From: an uncultured Actinomycetota bacterium
GTDB lineage: Bacteria > Actinomycetota > Actinomycetes > Streptosporangiales > Streptosporangiaceae
Direction: 5' to 3'
DNA: 24,000 nucleotides
NCBI GenBank assembly: GCA_963696455.1
Contig: CAVOKK010000025.1
Coordinates: 35,909-59,908 of the forward strand
The translations under genes and the position numbers were made by a program. Below are positions 16,223 to 24,000 of the stretch, one piece after another. The notes below the pieces were generated by a model. The model worked only from the letters and a program-made list of their open reading frames with translations. It was not told the DNA's origin and searched no databases. Numbering within the stretch: position 1 is the first letter of the stretch; each line of letters begins with the position of its first letter.

Positions 16223-17770
16223 CTATCTCGTGCGCACCAGCACAACCAGCCCGGCCGCGCGGGAGCCGTCAGTCCGCGGCCTGATCGGATGCTGAGCGGC
16301 GAGGGCACCGGCGGCTGCGCCGGCCAGAGCGCCGGCTACCGGCCCGACCAGCATCATGAAGACGGCCACCACTGAGAAGTACGTGAGCACCAGGCCGCAG
16401 ACAGCGCCGGCTACCGCGCCGGCGAGCGAGCCCTGCCGCAGGCGTGCCACCCGCAGGTCCTCCGGCGCACCGCCAGCTGGCACTGCCCAGGCAGCCATGA
16501 GCCCGGCCGGGACAGCGAGCAGGGCCGCCAGCGCAGCGACGATCAGGACAAGCCCCTGACCGTCATTGCCGCCCCACGCTGTCACCACCGCCCAGATCGC
16601 GAAGCCGGAGGCCAGACCCATGCACGTGCCGGCGAACAGGGACACGGTCGTTACGGCCGAACGCCGGGAGGTCGCGTAGAGTATGGCCGCCACGTACCCG
16701 ACCGAGAGCGTTTGCAGCGGGAGGATGGCCAGCGTGATAACGCCGCCCATCGCGGCGAACGCCCAGAGCGTGCTGGTCTCGACCGCCCTCAGCCTGGACC
16801 GCACCGGCGGCAGCGCAGCCGCCGCCAGTGCGGCGGCGACCGGCAGCAGCCCGATGATCTCGCGCGGCACGCTGAACGGCCCCACGCTGGCGCCGCGCTG
16901 CAGGTGACTGTCCATCCGCACGACGACTACGCCGAGTCCGCACATCGCCGCGCAGCCTGCGACCCGCACCAGCCGGGCGACGATGGTGCTGGCGACCGGG
17001 CCGAACCAGCCGCGGCTGCGGCCCACCCACGGCAGCACGACGATGGCGGCCACTCCCGCCAGGATCCGGACCCGGTCGGTCACCGTCTGCGGGTCAACGT
17101 ACGGGGCGCGGACAGCGCGCCAGCTCAGCCAGATCGTCCAGGCCGCGACCGCTGCTACCGCCGCGACACCGATCCAGTACATGACCTTGCGCACCACGTC
17201 TGCCTCCTTCGCCACAAGCAACAGTCCGCCTGCCAGCCAGCGCAGCTGCGGCCAGCCGCCGGGAACCTGCGCCGCCTCGGCCCGAACGGCCTCGGCCCAT
17301 GGCCGGCGCGCCGGCGGCAGCAGCCGCTCCGCCCCGCGCAGGAGCGCTGCCAGCATCCCGGTGAGCTGCTCCATCACGACCCCTCTTCGGCCAGGCGCCC
17401 GGCCGCGGCCCGGCGCCCGGCCGCAGAACGGCCCGGAACCACGGCCCGGCCCGGCTTCGCAGCGCGGCCAGGCCTTCGCCGCCCGGGCGTCCAGCGGAGG
17501 CGCCGCAGCCAGTGCTGCCGTAGCCGCGGCCAGCCCGTCCGTGGTGAGCCGGTACAGGTGGCGCCGGGGCCGCCCGGCAGGCTCACCGTCCTCCCAGCAG
17601 GCCTCGACCATCTCCCGGTCGGCCAGCCGGACCAGGATCGGGTAGAGCGTTCCCGACTTCAGCCCGGTCTCGCCCGCGAGGTCGTAGCCGTGCCGCCAGC
17701 TGGCCGGCCGGGCGGCGAGGGCGGCCAGCACCGCCAGGGTCTGAGCAGAGAACGCCGCGCGACGTGACAT
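16223..17770 (-). CDS. PadR-like wHTH fused to (or coupled with) a polytopic membrane protein
   Basis: The N-terminus HGYDLAGETGLKSGTLYPILVRLADREMVEACWE...RHLYRLTTDG is PadR-like. After a Gly/Arg/Pro linker, an internal ATG at 17374 (MEQLTGMLAALLRGAERLL...) leads into about 10 hydrophobic segments. There is no in-frame stop between the two parts. Confidence 0.65.
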   Translation of the reverse strand: MSRRAAFSAQTLAVLAALAARPASWRHGYDLAGETGLKSGTLYPILVRLADREMVEACWEDGEPAGRPRRHLYRLTTDGLAAATAALAAAPPLDARAAKAWPRCEAGPGRGSGPFCGRAPGRGRAPGRRGVVMEQLTGMLAALLRGAERLLPPARRPWAEAVRAEAAQVPGGWPQLRWLAGGLLLVAKEADVVRKVMYWIGVAAVAAVAAWTIWLSWRAVRAPYVDPQTVTDRVRILAGVAAIVVLPWVGRSRGWFGPVASTIVARLVRVAGCAAMCGLGVVVVRMDSHLQRGASVGPFSVPREIIGLLPVAAALAAAALPPVRSRLRAVETSTLWAFAAMGGVITLAILPLQTLSVGYVAAILYATSRRSAVTTVSLFAGTCMGLASGFAIWAVVTAWGGNDGQGLVLIVAALAALLAVPAGLMAAWAVPAGGAPEDLRVARLRQGSLAGAVAGAVCGLVLTYFSVVAVFMMLVGPVAGALAGAAAGALAAQHPIRPRTDGSRAAGLVVLVRTR

Positions 17771-17778
17771 GCGGCAAA

Positions 17779-17794
17779 CTCTACCTATGTAGAG
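17779..17794. promoter_or_regulatory. Inverted repeat CTCTAC-N4-GTAGAG just upstream of the PadR start
   Basis: It lies 9 nt upstream of the ATG at 17770, in the divergent intergenic region. An 8-bp palindrome GTGTACAC is at 17801-17808. Confidence 0.35.
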
Positions 17795-17949
17795 CTAAGG
17801 GTGTACACGCATTCGCGCAAGATCCGGAAATTGCTGGCGGCAGGACCGTCCGGCAGTTGTCCATCCGGGGCCGCCCCGTTCGTCGTCACGACAGAACCGG
17901 GTCCTCCCGGAGCACCTGGGCACAGGCACCCACAGAAAGGACAGGACAG

Positions 17950-18450
17950 ATGGCAGACGGATACGTGTCGGTCTCCCGGCACATCGAGGTCCCCGCGGAA
18001 CGGCTGTTCGCGCTGCTCGCCGACCCCGCCAACCATCAGCTGATCGACGGCTCGGGCATGGTCCGCGAACCGGTCACGGCGGTCACGCTGGCCGGAACCG
18101 GCGACACGTTCCGGATGAACATGCATCACGACGAGTGGGGCGACTACCAGATGCACAACGAGGTTGTCGACTACCAGGCCGGCCAGCTCCTGGTGTGGCA
18201 GCCCGCCCGGGTGGACGTCTCCGGCCCCGGCCAGCAGGAAGTCATCCGCTCCGCCTTCTACCGGTGGGGATACGAGCTCGTCCCCGACGGCCCCGGCGCC
18301 ACCACGGTCACCGAGACCTTCGACTGCACCCGCTCACCGGACGACCTGCGCGACGCCGTCCGCGAAGGCGAAGGCTGGCGGGACTCCATGACCGCGTCGC
18401 TGGTCAAGCTGGAGCAGCTGGCAAAGGCCGCGGGCCCGGCGTCCCGGTAG
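17950..18450 (+). CDS. SRPBCC (START/polyketide cyclase-like) family protein
   Basis: AAGGA lies about 9 nt upstream of the ATG at 17950. The sequence has VSRHIEVPAERLFALLADPANHQLIDGS...TETFD...L, with length and pattern typical of the family. Confidence 0.7.
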   Translation: MADGYVSVSRHIEVPAERLFALLADPANHQLIDGSGMVREPVTAVTLAGTGDTFRMNMHHDEWGDYQMHNEVVDYQAGQLLVWQPARVDVSGPGQQEVIRSAFYRWGYELVPDGPGATTVTETFDCTRSPDDLRDAVREGEGWRDSMTASLVKLEQLAKAAGPASR

Positions 18451-18455
18451 CGGCC

Positions 18456-19393
18456 TCAGGGCGTCTCGCCGCGCACAGCGCCAGCGATCGCTCGCAGCTT
18501 GCCTGCTAGCCCGGCCACGTTCTCCGTGCGAGGCAACCCGACGAGGAAGTCGGTGACCCCGGCCGACCGGAGCCCGGCGGCGCGCGCGGCCGTTGCGTCC
18601 TGGTCGATCGTCCCGTCGCCCGAAGAGGACCGGCTCGAACGCCGTCGTGACCAGGACCGATTCCGGATCGCGCTGCCGTTCCGTCATGGCCGCCCGCATC
18701 CGGGCAATGCCGCCGGTAACATCGGCGGCGTCATCGCCCCACGGGATCCAGCCGGCGCCGAAGCGGGCCAGGCGGTCCATGGCACCGCGGTTGACCGTGC
18801 CGCTCACCCAGATCGGGACACCGCCGGCCTGGCTCGGCTTGGGCATCTGGTGAATCCGGTCGAGCCGGATCTCCGCGTCTGCGTAATCCACCCGATCGCT
18901 GGTCCACAGGGCCTGGCAGATGGCGAGATTGCGGTCCAGCTGGCGCCCACGCCGGGCGAAGTCGCGTCCGGTGGCCTCATATTCCTCGCGCTGCCAGCCG
19001 ACGCCGACGCCGAGCTCCAGCCGCCCGCCGGACAGCACGTCGATGGTCGCCGCGGTCTTGGCCAGCAGGACAGGACTGCGCAGCGCCGCCAGCAGAATGC
19101 GGGTCGCGAACCGCACGTGAGATGGTCACCGCGCTGAGATAGGCGATGGTCGCGAGCGGGTCCAGCCAGGAACCGTCGGGTCCCGTCGGCTGCTGTCCGC
19201 CCCGGATCCCGCCGAGTTCCGGGCGAGCGTAGTTCTCCAGGCGCTCGCCGAGAACGACATGATCGGACAGGATGACCCGGTCGATGCCAGCCTCGTCCGC
19301 GGCCTTGGTCCATCCGATCATCCTGGCCAGATCCGGCACCGGCTCCGCGTCGAAGTTGAGGAGGTACAGCGAGACGCTTACCGGTTCGGTCAT
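18456..19393 (-). pseudogene. LLM-class (luciferase-like, F420-type) oxidoreductase, two frameshifts
   Basis: The N-terminus MTEPVSVSLYLLNF...GIDRVILSDHVV...LATIAYLSAVT and the core VRFATRILLAALRSPVLLAKTAATIDVLSGGRLELGVGVGW are in different frames. A sensible C-terminus (SGDGTIDQDATAARAAGLRSAGVTDFLVGLPRTENVAGLAGKLRAIAGAVRGETP*) is in yet another frame. Shifts lie near 19118-19125 and 18620-18630. Confidence 0.8.
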
Positions 19394-19400
19394 GCAGACC

Positions 19401-19859
19401 TCAGATCTCGACGAAGGTGTTGGCCGACCACTCGATCTCGATTGCACGTTCCTCGAAGCGCCACGATGTACCGTCCGTGCGACAGTACTTATCCCGGTAC
19501 CGGATGTAGAGGATGCGGTCGACGGGGACAGCTCCATCGTCGTCAATGTGATGGGCCTCGCAGTAGACCCGCCCGGTCGCAACGTCGCCGGAGGCTTCGT
19601 AAAGGCGATTGGCGACCACGTGCAGGGTGCGCAGACTCTGCCTAAGCCGGTCCGGCACGAGGCTCAGCTCCGCATGGCCTGTCCACCTCGCCAGCACTTC
19701 GTCCGAGTCGCGGCGCCGGCGCAGCATCGTCAGCACCGCGTCCTCCGCGAAGAGCGCCACGAAGCCGGCCCGGTCCCGGTTATCCAGGGTGCTCGCGTAC
19801 CGGAACGAGAGCCGATCCAGTTCCCGCTCTGCCTGGTCGTCCACGCGATCGCCGGTCAC
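19401..19859 (-). CDS. NTF2-like / SnoaL-like family protein
   Basis: VDDQAERELDRLSFRYASTLDNRDRAGFVALFAEDAVL...GRVYCEAHH matches the SnoaL_4-like pattern. GTG start at 19859 (or 19844). The stop lies 7 nt before the LLM start. Confidence 0.7.
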   Translation of the reverse strand: MTGDRVDDQAERELDRLSFRYASTLDNRDRAGFVALFAEDAVLTMLRRRRDSDEVLARWTGHAELSLVPDRLRQSLRTLHVVANRLYEASGDVATGRVYCEAHHIDDDGAVPVDRILYIRYRDKYCRTDGTSWRFEERAIEIEWSANTFVEI

Positions 19860-21601
19860 AGGGCGGGGACAGCTGCAGGGGCGGCCTGCGGTGCCGCGGA
19901 TCAGCCGTCCGGGCAGCGCATCGGTGGGCTCGCCGTCCCGGTAGGTTTCCTGGCCGGCGACGATCGTGTGCCGGTAGCCGTCGGCGCGCTGCAGCAGCCG
20001 CCGGCCGCCGGCCGGCAGGTCGAAGACCATCTCCGGCCGGTGCAGCCGGACGGACGTCATGTCAATGACGTTGATGTCCGCGCGGTAGCCCGGCGCGAGG
20101 ACGCCGCGGTCGCGCAGGCCAACCGCGCGGGCGGTGTCGCGGGCCTGCCGCTGGATCACGAACGGCAGGCTCGGCAGGCCTCGCCGCGGTCCCTGGCCCA
20201 GTGCCCGAGCAGCGTCGTGGGGAAGCTGCCGTCGCAGATGGTGCCGACGTGCGCGCCGCCATCGCTCAGCCCCGGAATGGTATGCGGGTGCTGCAGCATC
20301 TCGCGGACCGCGTCCAGGTTGCCGCCCGCGTAGTTGGCGAACGTGAGATAGAACATGGCAGCACCGTCGCCGGCGGCCATGATGTCGTAGGCCAGTTCCT
20401 CCGGGGTCACGCCAAGCCGCCCGGCCCGGGCGGCGATGGACTGCGCCGGGTCGGGCTCGTACACCGGCGGGTCGGTGACCTCGTACATCAGCTCGTACTT
20501 GTGGATGAGGATGCCGCCGAGACGCTGCCGGTTCTTCGTCCTGGTCTGCGCGGCGAGTATCTCGTGACGCAGACCCTCCGTGCGCATCAGCCTGGCCTGC
20601 TCCGCGGAGTCCAGATCCGCCAGGCGCTGCCAGACCGGGTTTTCCATGAAGGGATGGAGCGTATTGCGCAGCCCGAGCAGCAGGCCAACGGGCCGGGGCG
20701 CGACCTGGGCCCGGATGGCCAGGCCCTCTTCCTGGCATCCGGTAACGAACGCCAGCACATCGCGGAAGCTGCCGGGGGCCAGGTTGTTCTGGACGAGGGA
20801 GACGGACACCGGCATGCCGCCGGCCCGCATTGCCTGCCGCAGCAGCGCGAACTCGGCCTCGTTGTCGGCCTCGAAGAAATCAGAGACCACCTGCATGACG
20901 CCGCGGCCCGTCTGTCCGACCGCGCGGGCGATCGCGACCACCTCGTCCTCGGCGGTGCCGTAGGACGGCGTCAGCTCGCCGTCGATGCTCTTGTGGTTCA
21001 GGGTGCGCGAGGTGGTGAAGCCGAGCGCCCCCGCGGTCACTGCCTCGCCGGCCAGGCGCGCCATCTCGGCGGCCTCGTCTGGCGTTGCCTGCACATGCGC
21101 TGCGGCCCGCGCGCCCATCACCTCGACGCGCAGCGCGGCGTGCGGCACCTGGGCCGCCACGTCGACGTCGTACTGCCGCTGGCCAAGCACGTCCAGGTAG
21201 TCGCCGAACGACGCCCAGTTCCAGGTCAGCCCTTCGCGCAAGGCTGTCCCCGGAATGTCCTCCACGCCCTCCATCAGCTCGACCAGCCGGTCCCGGTTCG
21301 GCGGCTGCACGGGCGCGAAGCCGACGCCGCAGTTGCCCATGACCACGGTCGTCACGCCGTGCCAGGAGGACGGCTGGAGCCGGGAGTCCCAGGTCGCCTG
21401 ACCGTCATAGTGGGTGTGCACATCGACGAAGCCCGGCGCGATCACGGCGCCGCCGGCATCGATCTCCCTGGCGCCCCGGCCGCCGACGGCCCCGACCGCG
21501 GCGATCACGCCGCCGTCGACCGCCACATCGCCCTCGAGCGGGTCGCCGCCGTTGCCGTCGACGATCAGTCCGGAGCGGATGATCAGGTCGTGGTCAGTCA
21601 T
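19856..21601 (-). pseudogene. N-acyl-D-amino-acid deacylase (D-aminoacylase) family amidohydrolase, frameshifted
   Basis: [14 protein letters not shown] and [17 protein letters not shown] are present. The 481-aa ORF ends prematurely (..GHWARDRGEACRACRS*), while the conserved continuation GLPSLPFVIQRQARDTARAVGLRDRGVLAPGYRADINVID...PGRLIRG is in another frame. One G is missing near 20178-20181. A second shift near 19880-19900 is needed to reach the TGA at 19856-19858. Confidence 0.8.
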
Positions 21602-21646
21602 GGCCGGTCCTCACCGCTCCGGCAGTGGCCGGGGCACGCTTCCGCG

Positions 21647-21675
21647 CTGATTGTAAACCAGTATACTGATTGTAA
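21647..21675. promoter_or_regulatory. Operator candidate: two CTGATTGTAA direct repeats flanking the palindrome CAGTATACTG
   Basis: The repeats are at 21647-21656 and 21666-21675, 19 bp apart. The perfect 10-bp palindrome is at 21659-21668. It is an AT-rich patch in the divergent amidohydrolase/thioesterase intergenic region. Confidence 0.4.
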
Positions 21676-21738
21676 GTCAGCGTCCGCCTCGCCCGCTACA
21701 GCCCAGTTCCCGACCGATTACTGAGCCGGAGTACCGCA

Positions 21739-22578
21739 ATGCCGGATAGTGCCAGCGCAGCCCCTGCGACCGAGGTGACATTCGCGGACCTGCTCGACCT
21801 GGACGATCATGGTGACGGGCGCTACCGGGGCGTGTGCCACGAGGGTGCCCCGGCGCGGGCCTTCGGCGGGCAGGTCGCCGCGCAGGCCTTCGCGGCGGCC
21901 GCAAAGACCGCGCCTGCCGGCCAGAAGCCGGCGTCGATGCATGCCTACTTCGTCAGGACCGCAGCCGCCGGGGAGCCCGTTGACTACGTCGTCACCGTTG
22001 CCGGAGACGGGAACACCGTCAGCCACAGGTCGGTGACAGCGCTGCAGAGAGGGCGCACGGTGCTCCTTCTGCTGGCGTCGTTCCATCGCCCTGAGGACGG
22101 CCCGGCGAGGTGGCGAACGCCGGCCGGACCCGGTGCTCCCCCGGCGGACGATCCCGGCGATCGGCCCCGCCCCCGGTCCGTCCGGGAGCTCGCTGTTGAG
22201 CAGCTGGTGCCAGCGCCAGAGGAGTCGGCCAGCGATCCCGCCCTCGGCCGCTATGCCCGGTGGATGCGCGCGCGCTCCCCGATCGGCGGCGACGCGGCCC
22301 TGCACGCGGGGGCGGTCATCTACCTGGCCGACATGGTTCTCGCGCGCGCGGTGCTGCAGCCGCACGTGCAGGATTCTGACGGCCCGGCGAGAGCCGCGTC
22401 GCTCGACCACTCAGTCTGGTTTCACGGCGACGTCCGAGCCGACCAGTGGCTCCTGCTTGAAGCCGTCAGCCCGGTGCTGAACGGCTCGCGCGGCCTGGCC
22501 GTGGCGCACGTCTACAGCCCGGCGGGCGTGCTGGTCGCCACGGCCGCGCAGGAGGTCCAGGCCCGCCAGCTCGGCTAA
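21739..22578 (+). CDS. Acyl-CoA thioesterase II (TesB-like)
   Basis: FGGQVAAQAFAAA...SMHAYFVR...V.HRSVTALQ.GR and the C-terminal double hot-dog part LDHSVWFH...W are present. The length of 279 aa is typical. Confidence 0.8.
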   Translation: MPDSASAAPATEVTFADLLDLDDHGDGRYRGVCHEGAPARAFGGQVAAQAFAAAAKTAPAGQKPASMHAYFVRTAAAGEPVDYVVTVAGDGNTVSHRSVTALQRGRTVLLLLASFHRPEDGPARWRTPAGPGAPPADDPGDRPRPRSVRELAVEQLVPAPEESASDPALGRYARWMRARSPIGGDAALHAGAVIYLADMVLARAVLQPHVQDSDGPARAASLDHSVWFHGDVRADQWLLLEAVSPVLNGSRGLAVAHVYSPAGVLVATAAQEVQARQLG

Positions 22579-22589
22579 CCACCCGACCG

Positions 22590-23591
22590 ATGAAGGGCAG
22601 GAAAGTGGGCTTTCTTGAGTCGCCGCTGTTCCACGTCACGCAGATAGTCGACTCGCTGGATTCTGCATTCGACAGCCACCGCCGGCTGTTCGGCCGGCCG
22701 GTGTACTACGTCGGATACTGGGACGTTGCCAGCCGGGACGCGATCGCCACCATCATCGGGGGCGTGGTCATTGAGGGCATGGTCCCGCACCAGCAGAACG
22801 GCCGTTATTCCTTCGCCGGTCAGGACCTCAGTCCGTTCCTGACTGCTCCGGGCGGCGGCCACCTGCATTCGCTGGCCTGGTACGCGGTCGGCATCGACGA
22901 CCTCGCGGGCGAGCTCCGCAAGAAAGGCGTCCGGTTCACCGACACGAGCGGCGAGCTCATCACCGGCGCTGTCCCGGCGCACGGGCCCATCCCCGTGGTT
23001 CCCGGCTCCGCCATGCGGTATCCGCCCGGCTGGACGTCGGCCGTCCTGTACACCTACTTCGACGACACCCCCGGCATGATCGAGTTCTGCGAGCCATCAT
23101 CTCGCCATCCCGGAATCAGGGCGGAGCCAGACCCCGACACCCCGGTTCAGGGATACCGGGAGGTCGATCCGCTCGGCATTGAGCGAGTATCACATCAGAC
23201 GGTGGCCGTTCCTGACGCCGAAGCCGCGGCAAGATTCTTCGAGGACACTGTCGGCGGCGAGCGGGTGTACGCAGGCGAGAGCGAGACGGCCGTAGCCCGG
23301 ACCATCGTCGTCCGGGTCGGCGACGGTGCTGGCACCTTTCTCGAGCTGGCCGAGCCAGCCGGGCCCGGTCCGGTGCAACGTGATCTCGACCAGTTCGGGC
23401 ACGGCGTCCTGCACGCCTGCACCTTCACGGTCGCTGACCTGGGCGCAGTACGCGAGCACCTGGACCGCGAAGAGTTCGCGCGGGAATCCGAGACGGCGAC
23501 GACACTGGTGACCGATCCGCTCAGCACAGCCGGCAGCCGGTTCGGGTTCACCACCACCGTCCTGGCCGGGAGCGCGCCGGGCGGCCGGTGA
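22590..23591 (+). CDS. Two-domain VOC (glyoxalase/dioxygenase-like) family protein
   Basis: There are two roughly 150-aa halves, each starting with a beta-alpha-beta-like segment (LFHVTQIVDSLDSAFDSHRRLFG and ERVSHQTVAVPDAEAAARFFEDTVGG). The assignment comes from pattern only. An alternative GTG start is at 22605. Confidence 0.55.
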   Translation: MKGRKVGFLESPLFHVTQIVDSLDSAFDSHRRLFGRPVYYVGYWDVASRDAIATIIGGVVIEGMVPHQQNGRYSFAGQDLSPFLTAPGGGHLHSLAWYAVGIDDLAGELRKKGVRFTDTSGELITGAVPAHGPIPVVPGSAMRYPPGWTSAVLYTYFDDTPGMIEFCEPSSRHPGIRAEPDPDTPVQGYREVDPLGIERVSHQTVAVPDAEAAARFFEDTVGGERVYAGESETAVARTIVVRVGDGAGTFLELAEPAGPGPVQRDLDQFGHGVLHACTFTVADLGAVREHLDREEFARESETATTLVTDPLSTAGSRFGFTTTVLAGSAPGGR

Positions 23592-23610
23592 TCGCAGCCG
23601 CCGGCGGGAC

Positions 23611-24000
23611 CTACGCCGGGAAGCCGGGAGGCCGTGCGGCCTCGTCCCACAGGTCGCGCCAGGTGTCGCGCTCGGCGGCGAGCGGGTCGTCGGCCACCGC
23701 CAGCGGAGTGCCGAGGATCTTCACGGCCCGCTGCCCGGTCTCGTACCGGGGCCACGGCCCGGACGCAGCCGAGGACGGATCACCGGTCGCGGCAAACGCC
23801 GCCCAGGCGGAGCGCATCGCGTGCCCCAGGGATCGCCCGGCGTCGTCTACTCCGACGAACTCGGCCCAGCCGCACCGGTCGAAGGTGTCAAAGGTGAACG
23901 GGAGGTCCACGGCGTGGAAGGCGCCGAGGTCCGCGCCCGGGTGGCGGGATTGCCAGGTGAAGGCGTAGGCATAGGTCCGCGGGTTGTGCGCCGACTGGGC
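23611..24000 (-). CDS. Carboxylesterase/lipase type B family protein, C-terminal part (5' end outside the window)
   Basis: Hand translation from 24000 gives AQSAHNPRTYAYAFTW...GAFHAVDLPFTFDTFD...AMRSAWAAFAATGDP...WPRY, the C-terminal signature of type-B carboxylesterases. Confidence 0.75.
   Translation of the reverse strand, partial: AQSAHNPRTYAYAFTWQSRHPGADLGAFHAVDLPFTFDTFDRCGWAEFVGVDDAGRSLGHAMRSAWAAFAATGDPSSAASGPWPRYETGQRAVKILGTPLAVADDPLAAERDTWRDLWDEAARPPGFPA

Overview
High-GC (about 70%), actinobacterial-type chromosomal segment, called from hand translation and remembered family motifs only; no searches were run. A visibly lower-GC block at 1-1870 carries a truncated TrwB/TraD/HerA-like P-loop ATPase and a small membrane protein. 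Next come a copper amine oxidase, an S58/DmpA peptidase, an APC permease and a divergent PucR regulator. A RHH/DUF433 plus PIN-like (DUF5615) toxin-antitoxin pair follows, then a crotonase-quinone oxidoreductase operon and a LysR (CbbR-like) gene. That gene sits directly upstream of a compact Calvin-cycle operon, cbbL-cbbS-prk. The right side holds a PadR-polytopic membrane ORF, an SRPBCC protein, a D-aminoacylase / NTF2-like / LLM oxidoreductase operon, a TesB-like thioesterase, a VOC protein and a truncated carboxylesterase. Three things stand out. (1) Seven genes are interrupted by roughly a dozen frameshifts or lost start/stop signals, while cbbLS-prk and about 14 other genes are intact. 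(2) A chimeric relic of the dmpA 3' end plus an internal pucR fragment forms direct repeats bracketing about 0.8 kb. (3) That bracketed segment encodes a 76-aa hyper-acidic, Trp-repeat protein I cannot assign to any family. No rRNA, tRNA, CRISPR array, transposase or integrase was seen.
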